NCBI GenBank assembly: GCA_049516595.1
Contig: JBEKSY010000015.1
Location: forward strand, 2,938-66,937
Source of the DNA: Anaerolineales bacterium
GTDB taxonomy: Bacteria; Chloroflexota; Anaerolineae; Anaerolineales; RBG-16-64-43
Length of the DNA: 64,000 nucleotides
Direction of reading: 5' to 3'
This document shows positions 36,234 to 46,994 of the stretch, in pieces. The notes beneath the pieces were generated by a model. That model ran no database searches and was not told the origin of the DNA. It saw only the letters and a list, made by a program, of their open reading frames with translations. Every line of letters begins with the position of its first letter. Position 1 is the first letter of the stretch. A program made the translations under genes and the position numbers.

Positions 36234-37367
36234 CTAAAGGGCGAAGCGCCCCGATTCCTTCAAACCACTGCCGGTCAAGATGGCCACCATCGCACCGCGA
36301 ATACCCTCAGGGCGGACTTGGCTCTGTCCGCCTAGTATCCTCCGAATCGCTGGGTAGACAACCGCGGAGGTCGTTTCCACATACACTCCCTGACGGAGCA
36401 ACTCGTGCTGTCCTTCCAGGGCCTCGCGCTCCTCCACCGTTATGACGTCCCCCTTACTCTCCGCCAAGGCCCGAATCACGCCTCTCACTCGGAGGGGGCT
36501 GGCCACACGGATTCCTTCGGCGATGCCCGGCTGGGGAGGACTGGGAGATCGGGGGGGCGCGCAGGGCTGCCACGCCTCCCAAATCGGAGCGCACGAGCTG
36601 ACCTGCACCGCCACCAGCCTCGGCAGCTGGCTGATGATTCCGCCCTTCAGCAACGAGTGGAATCCCAGGTAGAGACCAGTGATCAGGGATCCCTGCCCAG
36701 TGGGCGCGACAACGAGGCCGACACCTTGATCCAACTCGGAGACCAGCTCGAAAGCTATGGTTGCAATCCCGCCGAGTCCGTGAGGCAGGTAGGCATGGCT
36801 TCCATAGGCGATCCCGGACCGCGCCTCCCGGAGCGCCGCCTCGCTGGCGGCGGCACGACCCCCGGCGATTTCCCGAACCTCGGCGCCATACGCCGCAATC
36901 TGGGCCCGCTTGGGCCCCGAAGCCCCTTGAGGAACATAGACGCGGGCGCGAATCCCGGCCCGTGCGCAATAGGCGGCAAACGACGCCCCGGCGTTGCCCG
37001 AGGAATCCTCAACAGCCTCCGAGACACCTCGGTGCTTAAGTGCGCTGACCAAAACCGTTGTAGCACGATCTTTGAAGGAGCCCGTGGGGTTGAGCAGCTC
37101 GGCCTTCCCCCAGATCGGCCTCCCCTGCACTTCGAACGACACCAGGGGGGTCGCTCCCTCTCCCAGGCTGATCTCCTCGGCCCGCTCTTCCAGCGGAAGC
37201 CAAGCCCGATATCTCCAGAGGTCTTGCCGACCCGGCTCGACACGAGTGGAATCAAAGGGCGGCAATCCCGGCAGGTCAAACACTCCGCCGCATGTTCCGC
37301 AACGCCAAGCAAAGCCGTCCTCGGGATACTTGCGATGGCAGGCCGAGCACTCGATGGCAGGAGTCAT
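36234..37367 (-). CDS. thrC: Threonine synthase-like PLP enzyme with N-terminal Zn ribbon
   Basis: CxxC..CxxC, SLGEGATP, NPTGSFKDR (PLP lysine), SSGNAG and LTGSGLK. The exact substrate is not proven. Confidence 0.78.
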   Translation of the reverse strand: MTPAIECSACHRKYPEDGFAWRCGTCGGVFDLPGLPPFDSTRVEPGRQDLWRYRAWLPLEERAEEISLGEGATPLVSFEVQGRPIWGKAELLNPTGSFKDRATTVLVSALKHRGVSEAVEDSSGNAGASFAAYCARAGIRARVYVPQGASGPKRAQIAAYGAEVREIAGGRAAASEAALREARSGIAYGSHAYLPHGLGGIATIAFELVSELDQGVGLVVAPTGQGSLITGLYLGFHSLLKGGIISQLPRLVAVQVSSCAPIWEAWQPCAPPRSPSPPQPGIAEGIRVASPLRVRGVIRALAESKGDVITVEEREALEGQHELLRQGVYVETTSAVVYPAIRRILGGQSQVRPEGIRGAMVAILTGSGLKESGRFAL

Positions 37368-38173
37368 TACCCCATGAGTTCCAGGCCCATGTCAGTCTCG
37401 GCCGGACCCTGCCGGTCACGGGCGGTGGGACGGTAGTGGCCCTCCACCCAGGCCTCCCCCGTCGGGCCGACCTCTCTCTTCCAGACCGGCACAATCTCCT
37501 TGAGCCGATCGATGCCGTAGCGTGCCGCTTCAAAAACCCCCGAACCTCGATGAGCCGCGCTGCAGGCGACCACAACCGTCGGAGTGCCGGCCTTCAGGCG
37601 GCCAATCCGCTGGATCAGGGCAATTCCCTCCACAGCAGGCCAGCGCGAGCGGATCTCCAAGGCAAGCTGTCGGAGTTTGGCCTCCGCCATGGGCAGGTAC
37701 GCCTGGTACTCCAGGTACTCGGTCGTCGCGGGATTCCCGCCCTCATTGTGCGATCGGACCAGTCCAGTGAAGAAGCAAGTGGCCCCAGTGGTGGGAAGCG
37801 CGATCTGACGGATCAGGTCATCCAGATCGAGAGCCTCGTCCGTCACGCGGATCAGGGTGGGCTGGCGCTCACTGCCCCCGCTCACGGGCGGGAAGACGGC
37901 CACCTCATCACCCTCTTGCAGGTCATCCTCAGCGAAGGCAAACTCCCGATTCCTGGCAAAGACCGCCGTGTCTAGCAGGTTGCGCAGAGCTGGATGACGG
38001 CTCGCCAGGAGTGCTTTAAGATCAGCGATCGTTGCCGCCTTGCCAAGCTCGACCTCAAGAGCACTCGCCCCGATTCGATCTCGTAGGGTTGCGAAGAAAA
38101 GGACGCGGATGCGAAGCCCCGCCCGCCCCGTCCCCTCGTCCATCGCCTCAAATTCCGCCTCGTGGCTACTCAT
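37367..38173 (-). CDS. moaDE: Fused molybdopterin converting factor MoaD-MoaE
   Basis: VLFFATLRD...VFARNREF...[10 protein letters not shown] (MoaD) is followed in frame by [11 protein letters not shown]...[27 protein letters not shown] (MoaE). Confidence 0.92.
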   Translation of the reverse strand: MSSHEAEFEAMDEGTGRAGLRIRVLFFATLRDRIGASALEVELGKAATIADLKALLASRHPALRNLLDTAVFARNREFAFAEDDLQEGDEVAVFPPVSGGSERQPTLIRVTDEALDLDDLIRQIALPTTGATCFFTGLVRSHNEGGNPATTEYLEYQAYLPMAEAKLRQLALEIRSRWPAVEGIALIQRIGRLKAGTPTVVVACSAAHRGSGVFEAARYGIDRLKEIVPVWKREVGPTGEAWVEGHYRPTARDRQGPAETDMGLELMG

Positions 38174-38648
38174 TGATCACGTCACCGGAAAGACCGCCAT
38201 GCTTCTCCACAAGCCGGATATTCTCAATCTGCATGGTTTTTTCGGCCGCTTTGACCATGTCATACACGGTCAGCGCGGCGACCGAAACCGCGGTGAGCGC
38301 CTCCATCTCCACCCCCGTCCTCGCGGTGCTCTTCACAGTCGCGGTGATCAAGATGCCCGGGAGCTGATCCGAGAGTTCCAAGCGGACGTCGATGACGTCC
38401 AGAGGCAAAGGATGACATAGAGGAATTAGGTCCGCCGTTCGTTTGGCCGCCTGAATGCCCGCCACCTGAGCCACGGTGAGCACATCTCCCTTGCGGAGTT
38501 CGTTCTTCCGGATCAGGGCCAGTGTCTCGACCCGCATGCGGACTTGCCCACGCGCGATGGCCATCCGCTCGGTCGCCGGCTTTCCGCCGACATCGACCAT
38601 GTGCGCTTTGCCCGCAGAGTCGAGGTGCGTGAGCGAAGGATTGCTCAT
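38166..38648 (-). CDS. moaC: Cyclic pyranopterin monophosphate synthase
   Basis: THLD...[21 protein letters not shown] and YDMVKA. Confidence 0.96.
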   Translation of the reverse strand: MSNPSLTHLDSAGKAHMVDVGGKPATERMAIARGQVRMRVETLALIRKNELRKGDVLTVAQVAGIQAAKRTADLIPLCHPLPLDVIDVRLELSDQLPGILITATVKSTARTGVEMEALTAVSVAALTVYDMVKAAEKTMQIENIRLVEKHGGLSGDVINE

Positions 38649-38717
38649 ATTGCGATTATACCAGTCGACATTGAATCATCTTTGGCCAATCGACCCGTTC
38701 GTACGAAGGCGCCCCTA

Positions 38718-39920
38718 TTAGCCTTCGGCCGGCCCGCCCTCCGGAATTAAAGAAGCTCCGGAGGCTGCCTCCGAGATCATGGTATGGGCCTCGAGACCCG
38801 TCGCACGATGGTAAGCCTCAGAAAGCTGGTGAGGGAATTGTTCTAGTCTTTTCCGATCGACCAGGTTGACAGTGCAGCCCCCGAATCCGGCCCCGGTCAG
38901 CCGCGCTCCATAGCAGCCTTCTATGCTGCGGGCACAGGAAACCATCGCGTCCAGTTCTGGCCCGCTCACCCCGTACAACTCTCGCAAGCTTTCATGGCTC
39001 GCATTAATGAGTCCACCCACAACGTCCAGATCCCCGTCTTGCAAAGCCTGAGCCGCTCTCCGGGTCCGCTGGCATTCGTAGATCACGTGGCGCGCTCTGG
39101 CTTGGACCTCCGGCGGCAACAAGTGCGAGTGCTTTTCAAAATCATCAACGCTGACATCTCGAAGCGCACGGATCCCCGGCAGGCTCTCCGAAAGCAGTAC
39201 CACTGCCCTCTCGCACTGGTCTCGCCTTTCGTTGTACGCCGAGGCGCCCAGGTTTCTGCGTACCCCCGTATCGGCGATCACTATCCCCAACGAGGGGGGA
39301 ATGGCGACTGGCTCCCAGCCGAGGGTGCGGCAATCCAGCAGAACGGCGAATCCAGTCCTCCCGTGCAACGAGGCGAACTGATCCATGAGGCCGCAGTGCA
39401 CCCCGACGTATTCGTTTTCGGCTTGCTGGCAAAGCTGGGCCAGCTTCATTCGCTCCAGGCTCCACCCCCCAAGCGACTCCCAGGCAATGGCAAAGCTGAC
39501 CTCCAGCGCCGCCGAGGAGCTCAAGCCCGCCCCCACAGGAACGGAGGAGGACACAACCCCTTGCAGCCCGCGCACACTCAGGCCGGCCTGCCGGAGCGCC
39601 CAGGCGACGCCCGCGGGATAGCGCGCCCAGGCAGGCAAGGTTCGGGAGGCCTCAGGCACCGGGAGCTCCCCTGCGCGCAGGGCGAGGCGCTCTCCCAGAT
39701 CCAGGGCAAGGACCTGCAACCCATCGGTCGGGAGAGGCGAAAAGGCCAGAAAGGCTTCCCGGTCGATGGCGGCCGGAAGAACCCAACCGTCGTTGTAGTC
39801 GACATGCTCGCCAATCAGGTTCACGCGCCCCGGAGCGCGTGCGATCGCCAGAGGGGACCGGCCGTACTCCTTGCGGAACGCTTCAGTCACCCGGGCAACC
39901 AGGGGATCGGCTGCGTTCAC
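38718..39920 (-). CDS. galK: Galactokinase
   Basis: APGRVNLIGEHVDYN, GAGLSSSAA, CGLMDQF and GARLTGAGFGG. The GTG start overlaps the upstream TGA. Confidence 0.95.
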   Translation of the reverse strand: MNAADPLVARVTEAFRKEYGRSPLAIARAPGRVNLIGEHVDYNDGWVLPAAIDREAFLAFSPLPTDGLQVLALDLGERLALRAGELPVPEASRTLPAWARYPAGVAWALRQAGLSVRGLQGVVSSSVPVGAGLSSSAALEVSFAIAWESLGGWSLERMKLAQLCQQAENEYVGVHCGLMDQFASLHGRTGFAVLLDCRTLGWEPVAIPPSLGIVIADTGVRRNLGASAYNERRDQCERAVVLLSESLPGIRALRDVSVDDFEKHSHLLPPEVQARARHVIYECQRTRRAAQALQDGDLDVVGGLINASHESLRELYGVSGPELDAMVSCARSIEGCYGARLTGAGFGGCTVNLVDRKRLEQFPHQLSEAYHRATGLEAHTMISEAASGASLIPEGGPAEG

Positions 39921-41602
39921 TCCTCCTCCAGATCGACCAGAATCCCCTGCTCCATCAAGGCCGCCCGCAGCTGCGGGACGTGGTCCCGCCGCAACACCCA
40001 GGTTCGAGGGCCAATCGCCTCTCCCAAGGATTCCTTCACCGAAGGGAGGTTCCAAACGTCCGAACTTGCGTCCAGCCCGCTCAGATCAAGCACGGACAGT
40101 GAGCGGATCGAGGCCTCCGGTCCGCTCTGACCCCAGCGCCTGATCGCCTCTACAAGTTGCGGGGGAACCTGGCCCTCTCCCAGCCGATGGAGCAGGGCGA
40201 TCACCTGCGCCGGTTCAACTCCTTGCCCGCGGGCGCGCTGCAGGGCATTCGGCGTGATGCGGTAGACATAGTCCTGTCCCCGGCGGGTGACCCAGGAGGC
40301 GCAGCGGGACAATTGGTATCTCCTCAGGGCCGATCCAGCCCCCGGGAAAATGATCGTTCCTTCCGAGCGAATTCTCAGCCGGGGCTCTCTCCTGTTCCTC
40401 TTCGCTCTTGGACCGTCGATCACCGGTCCCGCCTCATGCTGCCAGAGCGCTTGCGCGGCCGGTGCCAGACGAAACGCCCGCGGGCTTTCCTCGGGCAGGA
40501 GGTCTACGGCTCCCAGCCAGTGGAGCGGCCCTTGCAGATAGAAGCGAATCAGGGCGCCCTCCACCTGCGGCCAGTTATCCGCTCCGGCCAGCGGCCGGCC
40601 GGTGGTCTCATCCAGCAGGTACCAGCTCGAGAAGGCGGCCAGCGGCCGCTGGAAGTCAGGCAGCTGCCTCTGGATCCCTTCGACCAGCGAGTCGATCAGA
40701 AGCCACTCTCCCTGCGGGAGATCCTGGAGCACGGCGACGAAGTTGAGGCGTGTCTGCAGGGGGTTGTTGGGCCAGGCCTTCGCGCCCAGGACGATTCCCG
40801 CCACGTGGGCCAGGTCGTTCCAGGAGCGCGAATCTCTCCAGCCCACGACCATCCTTTCCAGCGCGAATTGCGATTCCAACTCAAGGAATTCCCGCGCGCC
40901 GGCCGAGGCGGGCTGCAAGGGATCGCCCTCGACCCATCCCTGTTCGACCAGGATGGCTAGGACGAGATTCACCGCTTCGGGAATCTGAAGATGCCGGTCG
41001 AGGACATGCCGTTTGGGCCACCCGGAGGGCTCTTCAGGCGCTTTGGGTGGGTAGTTCCTGAGAAAGGCGAGCAGAGTACACGCGTCCAGTGCCGAGCCGA
41101 GACCGGTCCAGCGCACCGGTTCTCCGCGGCGCGGGATGTAGGTCTGGATCGGAAGGCCGGATTGGGTTTGCGCCGCCGGAAAGGGGATGATCCGCAGGAG
41201 ATCGTCTGGAATGAAGACAAACTCCTCCGGGCCGTTCGAGGAATCCCAGAAGGTCCGCCCCAGCCAGCCCTGATACCAGAGTCGTTCAGCACTCGAAATG
41301 GGACTGAGCCAGGGCTGGTCGCGTTCACGGCGGGCCACCCCCATCTCCCGGATCTCTCCGAATTCGACAGAAAAGCGCGCCAGCGGCATCCGGCCGCCCA
41401 GCGCTCGAATTCGATCGATCCCTGCCCGGTCCTCCTTGGAGAGCCCCTGATACATGGCCTCCACCCGATCGGGCTCCAGCATGGCCTGCACCAGGTCCGC
41501 CAGGTCATCGCGGGAGGCGACCAGCTGGGGGAGCCCCCAGGCACGGCCGAGGATGCGCCAATATCCGCTGTCCTGGCCCTCCAAGGTGTGGATCAGGTCC
41601 AT
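39917..41602 (-). CDS. Helicase-associated domain protein (XPB/Ssl2 N-terminal-like, no helicase motifs)
   Basis: C-terminal YRITPNALQRAR..G......IALL......VPPQLVEAIRRW pattern. No Walker A or DExH is seen. Confidence 0.68.
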   Translation of the reverse strand: MDLIHTLEGQDSGYWRILGRAWGLPQLVASRDDLADLVQAMLEPDRVEAMYQGLSKEDRAGIDRIRALGGRMPLARFSVEFGEIREMGVARRERDQPWLSPISSAERLWYQGWLGRTFWDSSNGPEEFVFIPDDLLRIIPFPAAQTQSGLPIQTYIPRRGEPVRWTGLGSALDACTLLAFLRNYPPKAPEEPSGWPKRHVLDRHLQIPEAVNLVLAILVEQGWVEGDPLQPASAGAREFLELESQFALERMVVGWRDSRSWNDLAHVAGIVLGAKAWPNNPLQTRLNFVAVLQDLPQGEWLLIDSLVEGIQRQLPDFQRPLAAFSSWYLLDETTGRPLAGADNWPQVEGALIRFYLQGPLHWLGAVDLLPEESPRAFRLAPAAQALWQHEAGPVIDGPRAKRNRREPRLRIRSEGTIIFPGAGSALRRYQLSRCASWVTRRGQDYVYRITPNALQRARGQGVEPAQVIALLHRLGEGQVPPQLVEAIRRWGQSGPEASIRSLSVLDLSGLDASSDVWNLPSVKESLGEAIGPRTWVLRRDHVPQLRAALMEQGILVDLEEE

Positions 41603-41640
41603 GGGACGAACCGATAACAGGCTGGGCGGAAGGGCGGTTC

Positions 41641-42555
41641 CTAAAGAACCAATCGCAATCCCGCGGGCACAAGGCCGACCTCGAGACCGCGCACGTCGGC
41701 TTCGTACGTCGCGTACGTTTCCCCATCCACGTGAATCGGCAGGGCCCGATCGGCTTTGAGCCTCAGGTGCCGCAATCGGCCGATCGTCACCGCCTTGAAC
41801 CGGCCGTGAGTGCCGCGCATGACCTCCGGGATCAAGCGGAACATCATCAACCGGGACACCTTTGCCACGGTCGCAAAGTCGAGCACGCCGTCGTCGAATC
41901 TCGCGGCAGGAGTCGTGATGAAGCCCCCGCCCTCGCGCGTTCCGTTGCCGACGGTGAACATGAGCAATTCCTTCTGAAAGGTCTGGTCATCCAGCTGAAT
42001 CTCCATCCGCGGGGCGTCATAGTTCTGGATGATCACCCGGATCACCGCCAGCAGGTACATCAGGAACCCACGGACCCAGGCCACATTGCGACTCTGCAGG
42101 TTGACCGCCGCGTCAAAACCGATTCCAACGACGTTGACCCAGTACTCCAGTCGGCCCTGGTCATCGCGGATGAAACCCACGTCAAAGGGCATCGCCCGAT
42201 TCGACGAGAAAATGCTCTGCAGGGCTTGCAAGGGGTTCGAGAGGACGCCGATGCCCCCCGCAAAGTCGTTGCCGGAGCCAATCGGCACGATCCCCAACCT
42301 AGGACGCCTTTCTGCGTCCAGGCGCATCAGGCCGTTCACTACCTCGTGAACCGTCCCGTCCCCTCCGACGGCCACCACGGGGTCAAAGCCCTCCCGCCCG
42401 GCTTGCTCAGCAATCTGAATCGCATGCCCGCGGTAGTCGGTGGCGATCCAGTCCGCGCCACCCAGCTCGTCCGTCAGATGCCCGAGGTCACTCTCAATCC
42501 GGGCGGCGCCGCCTCGATCGGCCTGCGGGTTGAAGATCATCTTTACCTTCGGCAT
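41641..42555 (-). CDS. Diacylglycerol/lipid kinase family protein (YegS/DagK-like)
   Basis: FNPQA, GGDGTVHEV, GSGNDFA, GIGFDA, DDGVLD and HVDGE. Confidence 0.9.
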   Translation of the reverse strand: MPKVKMIFNPQADRGGAARIESDLGHLTDELGGADWIATDYRGHAIQIAEQAGREGFDPVVAVGGDGTVHEVVNGLMRLDAERRPRLGIVPIGSGNDFAGGIGVLSNPLQALQSIFSSNRAMPFDVGFIRDDQGRLEYWVNVVGIGFDAAVNLQSRNVAWVRGFLMYLLAVIRVIIQNYDAPRMEIQLDDQTFQKELLMFTVGNGTREGGGFITTPAARFDDGVLDFATVAKVSRLMMFRLIPEVMRGTHGRFKAVTIGRLRHLRLKADRALPIHVDGETYATYEADVRGLEVGLVPAGLRLVL

Positions 42556-43060
42556 GGTTTCCCTTCCCTTGAGGAGCGAGGCTGGGAATCGGGTGTCCGC
42601 AGATTACCGCGGACACGCGATATCACCGGCCTTCGCGCGCTCCTCAACGGGCACGCGAGTGGTTGGCTGCGGAGGCTGGGGCTTGGGCCAGCACCCCCGC
42701 CTTCCGGCAGGTCGCCCCAGGTTGTCTCTTCAAGTGACGAGGCTTTGCCCCTGGTGAGGGTCGCTTGGTTGGCCGGGATTATAGCCTTGATTCCAACCCG
42801 GAGGCGGGTCGATCCGTTCGAAGACGCTGGCGAGGAAATCCAGGTCCTCGCCCGGCTGTCCGGCGGGGTTGGAAGCCGCTGGGATGAGGGAACCACTCTT
42901 CTCGCGGAATTCTCACCCGCCCAGGAAGGCGTGGGGCCGGTACCCCAAATGATTAGCGCAAGCGAGCGCTTTGCGCGCGCCAACTTCGGGTGCTCCAGGT
43001 TGGCCCTGATCGGGCGCCGGGATCACCATCGGTTTTGGGCTTCGTGGGAAAGGCCGCCAG

Positions 43061-44347
43061 CTACCCGGATCCGGGCGACTCACGCGGCTCCCTGATCCCT
43101 TTGAAAAAGGCAAACGTGGCGGCCGCGGCCAGCGCGTAGACGATGGCCGTGGTGATGAACAGGGGCGTGAAACCCCAACGGTCCTGTACGAACCCGGAGA
43201 CAAACGGGCCGAAGGAAAAGCCGATCTGCCAGGTCAGGAAAAGGACGCTGCTTACCAGCCCTTTGGCGCTCTCGGGCGCCTGCTCCATGGCGAATGCCGA
43301 ATAGAGCGGGGTGGCCATATTCATGAGCATCCCGCGAACCACGAAGGCGCAACCTGCCAGGAGAAGGCCGGGCCAAAACCCCAACAGCAACAGGAAGACG
43401 ACGGAGACCGCCTGCACGGCCACAACGGCCCGCACCTTCCCTCCCAGGTTCTCCGAAAGGCGCGGGCCGGCGATCGTTCCGGCTGCGGTCATAAGGGCCG
43501 AGAGGCTGAAGAGCACCCCGAGCCACGAATTCGAGATGGCGAACTTGGTCCGGAAAAAAACGTTCATATACGGGATCAGAATGGCCGCCCCGATACCAAT
43601 CAGAAAGTTGGGGAGAGCCAGCCGGCGCACCATGGGCGTCCGCAGGGCCTGCAGAGCGTTGCCAAACACGTTCGAACCAGGGTCCTCCGTGGCGGGGGGG
43701 CGATTCTCACGGATGAACAACAAGGGCAGGATCGAGAATGATCCTGCCGCGAGGCTGGCCAGCAGGACGGCCCGATAAGCGAGGGCACCTTCCGCACTGA
43801 CCCGCAGGGCAGAGGCGAACCAGCCCGGCAATTGGCCGGCCAGGAGACTTCCCCCGGCACCGGCCAACGTCGAGAGCCCGAAATTAAGGGAGAAGAGATA
43901 GGTCCTTTCCTCGTTCCCGGAAATGGCCCGCATGAGAGGCGTCGTGCTCAGGTAGTACAGCGTGTATCCAATGCCGTAGACCGATATCGCCAAGAGCAGG
44001 ACCGGGGCCGAGGGGGTGACGACAACCACGGTGAAGGTGATGAAATAGACGAACATGCCGAGCAGCATGGCGCGCTTGAACCCGATGCGATCCGCCAGGA
44101 CCCCTAAGGGAAGCCCCAGCAGGAGACCCAGGAGGTATTGCATGCCGTTCACGAGGCCGAGGAATTGGCGGTTGTAGCCCTGGGCGAGGATGTAGAGGTT
44201 GAAAAAGAGCTGCGTTCCTGCGAACGCAAGCCCGTCGATGAGAGTCGACAGAAGGAACATCCTCGCGTTCCGCGAGAACTTGACCCCCCGGGGCAAGTAT
44301 CCTCGAATCAGCTGCATGGTCCCTGTCGTGATCTGCATGAATCTCAA
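43061..44347 (-). CDS. MFS transporter
   Basis: 428 aa with about 12 TMs and motif A GVLADRIGFK. Confidence 0.9.
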   Translation of the reverse strand: MRFMQITTGTMQLIRGYLPRGVKFSRNARMFLLSTLIDGLAFAGTQLFFNLYILAQGYNRQFLGLVNGMQYLLGLLLGLPLGVLADRIGFKRAMLLGMFVYFITFTVVVVTPSAPVLLLAISVYGIGYTLYYLSTTPLMRAISGNEERTYLFSLNFGLSTLAGAGGSLLAGQLPGWFASALRVSAEGALAYRAVLLASLAAGSFSILPLLFIRENRPPATEDPGSNVFGNALQALRTPMVRRLALPNFLIGIGAAILIPYMNVFFRTKFAISNSWLGVLFSLSALMTAAGTIAGPRLSENLGGKVRAVVAVQAVSVVFLLLLGFWPGLLLAGCAFVVRGMLMNMATPLYSAFAMEQAPESAKGLVSSVLFLTWQIGFSFGPFVSGFVQDRWGFTPLFITTAIVYALAAAATFAFFKGIREPRESPGSG

Positions 44348-44407
44348 CCTGCTCGGGGGGCCAACGACAAGTCGCCGGGCCGCACCAGCGCGCCTGGAGA
44401 TCGGCGC

Positions 44408-45010
44408 CTACCGGCCTAGCATGCGGCTCAATTGATCCAACACCTCTTCCGTGGTCGTGAACAAAACCGTCCGAATCCCCTGTGCGCAGGCGGATTGGAG
44501 GTTGGCTGGCGTGTCATCCACCAGGACGGTCTCCTCGGGTCGGGCGTCGAGTCGATCCAACGCGAACCGGAAAAACCTCGGGTCGGGCTTCATGAGACCC
44601 TCTTCCGCAGAGATGAAGATAGCCTCAAAGGCGCCCGAGGCCACCAGAGGCCCAAAAGTCTCTCGCGCATCTGACCAAGCATTACTTAGCACGGCGGTCC
44701 GCCATTGCGGACGGAGACCCTTGACGAATCCAATCAGAGCCTGGTCCCAGCGATCGCCAGCCCAGAATTCGCGCTGGACCTCCTCAAGCGACCCAGGTCC
44801 AAGAGCCAACCGCTGCCCGACAAACTCCCAGATCTCTTGCGGAGTGGCCTTGCCCACGGATGCCGCCAGCGAGACGGAGCTGTTGAAAACCAAATCCGCG
44901 AGAGCACCCGCCGGGAGGCCCAAGCGCTGTTCCAACGCCCGGCGAGGCACGGGGTCCTCGGTCCGCAGCAGAACTCCGCCAACGTCAAAAACGACCGCAC
45001 GAATGGGCAT
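44408..45010 (-). CDS. HAD family phosphatase
   Basis: AVVFDVGGVL, LSNA, MKPDPRFF and LVDDTPAN. Start MPIR at 45010. Confidence 0.9.
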   Translation of the reverse strand: MPIRAVVFDVGGVLLRTEDPVPRRALEQRLGLPAGALADLVFNSSVSLAASVGKATPQEIWEFVGQRLALGPGSLEEVQREFWAGDRWDQALIGFVKGLRPQWRTAVLSNAWSDARETFGPLVASGAFEAIFISAEEGLMKPDPRFFRFALDRLDARPEETVLVDDTPANLQSACAQGIRTVLFTTTEEVLDQLSRMLGR

Positions 45011-45301
45011 GTATCCATCCGTTCGCAATCGACCTGAGACCTGGAGGAACAAAACGGCCGTGAGCCCCCCAACCCACGACCGCCCAACCCGTCGCCATCG
45101 CCTTTCAGCCTCCGCCGGGCTTACGTGATGATTCATCCCCGCAACCCGCGAATCATCGAACTCCCCGCGCGGACGGCGTCTCCAACCCGAGATCAGGCTC
45201 GGCCAACCAGCATACCATAGGATGAAATGACGTTCCCCTCCCCCGGCCCCCTCCCCGGGGCCGGGTCCGCTCGGCGCAAGGGGAATACTGGGCCGCCCAC
45301 C

Positions 45302-45829
45302 TCAGTCCGGGCCGTTGCGGACCTTCTCCATCAATAGCCCTGCGACCCCGCGCGAGTAGTACCCTTCCAGGGTCTCCCGCCTATGGTACCCGGCGCTCTC
45401 ATAGAGAGCAATGGCCGGCAGATTGTCCAACCGCACCGTCAGCCGAACAAGTGGAGCATCCAGCCGCGCCTCGCATTCGGCCAGCAGGCGGCGACCCACG
45501 CCGCGCCGTCGGTAAGAGGGATGCACGGCCAAGGTGGCAATCATGCCCTTTCGCCGCCTCCAGCGTGTGTCCCCGGCAACGAACCCGATCAACTGCGGGC
45601 CGTCGAGCGCGCCTAAACGGACCACGCTGGGCCACAGGAGGACGCTGGCGACATCGACCCACGGCCAAGCATCTTCCTGAAAGCAGATCTGTTCCAGCCG
45701 AAGAACCCCTCGGATCATGCGGATCGTGGCAGGTTGGACTTGGAGATCCGGCCAGCGAGCTGACCCGCTCACGGGCCCGCTGGGTCCTGGGCCACCCTCC
45801 TGGTGGACTTCCGTCACGTGTACATTCAC
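45302..45829 (-). CDS. GNAT N-acetyltransferase (RimI-like)
   Basis: IATLAVHPSYRRRGVGRRL, LTVRLDNLPAIALYESAGY and GYYS. Confidence 0.85.
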   Translation of the reverse strand: MNVHVTEVHQEGGPGPSGPVSGSARWPDLQVQPATIRMIRGVLRLEQICFQEDAWPWVDVASVLLWPSVVRLGALDGPQLIGFVAGDTRWRRRKGMIATLAVHPSYRRRGVGRRLLAECEARLDAPLVRLTVRLDNLPAIALYESAGYHRRETLEGYYSRGVAGLLMEKVRNGPD

Positions 45830-45906
45830 TCCCCGTGCCCAAGCGGGGGCGTATTCTTATGGCACACTCTCAGTCCGCCCACGTCAGCTGGCCAGCCGGT
45901 ATCGGA

Positions 45907-46806
45907 CTACTTGGCGTTTCCGCGGATGAAATCCTGAACCAGGCTGGTGAATTCGAGCGGGAAGACAATCTTGGTCGCCGCGCCGCTCCCCAAGGCCTTG
46001 AGCGTCTCGAAGTATTGCAGGGTCATCGTCTTTTGATCGATGCCCTTGGCAATCGAGTAGATCTTGTCCAGGGCCGAGGAAAAACCCTCGGCTCGCAGAA
46101 GGAGTGCCTGGCGTTCACCCTCCGCGCGGAGGATGTTCGCCTGTCTGTCTCCATCGGCCTGGAGGATGGCGGACTGCTTCTGGCCTTCGGCGATGTTAAT
46201 CGCGGCATCGCGGGCACCCGTCGACTCAGTGACGGTCGCCCGGCGAATGCGCTCGGCAGACATCTGCCGGTTCATGGCATCCTGGACCTCGCGCGGCGCG
46301 ACGATTTCTCGGATCTCGACGTTCGTGACCTTCACCCCCCAACGCTCCGTCACCTCGTCCAGCTTCTCCCGCAGAGCGATATTGATCTGCTCGCGCTGAG
46401 AGAGCACATCGTCCAGAGGGATACTGCCAATCACCGCGCGCAGGGTGGTGGTGGCCATGCCCTGCGCCGCTACCTCAAAGGTGCCGACCTGCAACACGCT
46501 CTGAGTCGCCTCCAGAACCTTGTAGTACCAGAGGAAATCAATCGCGATGGGAGCGTTGTCCTTTGTAATGCAGCTCTGGTGGGGGATTTCGCGGACCTGC
46601 TCCCGCAAGTCGACCCGCCGGGCCTGGTCTACGAAGGGGATCAGCAGAACCAGCCCAGGCCCTTTCTGGCCCAGACAGCGTCCCAGGCGGAACATCACCA
46701 GCCGCTCATACTCAGCAACGATGCGGACGGCATTGGTCACGATCACAATCAAGCCGACAACCACAATGACACCAAGGCAGAGCGTCAACACGGTAAACTG
46801 CGACAT
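45907..46806 (-). CDS. SPFH/band 7 (stomatin-like) protein
   Basis: N-terminal TM, FRLGR..GPGL, ITKDN, TTLRAVIG, WGVKVTNVEI, and AE repeats. Confidence 0.93.
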   Translation of the reverse strand: MSQFTVLTLCLGVIVVVGLIVIVTNAVRIVAEYERLVMFRLGRCLGQKGPGLVLLIPFVDQARRVDLREQVREIPHQSCITKDNAPIAIDFLWYYKVLEATQSVLQVGTFEVAAQGMATTTLRAVIGSIPLDDVLSQREQINIALREKLDEVTERWGVKVTNVEIREIVAPREVQDAMNRQMSAERIRRATVTESTGARDAAINIAEGQKQSAILQADGDRQANILRAEGERQALLLRAEGFSSALDKIYSIAKGIDQKTMTLQYFETLKALGSGAATKIVFPLEFTSLVQDFIRGNAK

Positions 46807-46994
46807 GAATTCCTCCTTTGCAAACCCGAAACAGCGGCTGCCTTCGATTCTACTGATCCAATCCGCCTACTCAAGCCTCCTGTCTGCCCCGCCTCCCTCC
46901 TTGGAACAACGCCATCAGAAACCGCCTCCGATAGCCAGATGTGCCCTCCCGCTGCGCGGGAACCAACGCCCCCTGGGACCCCCCGGCCCCGAAA

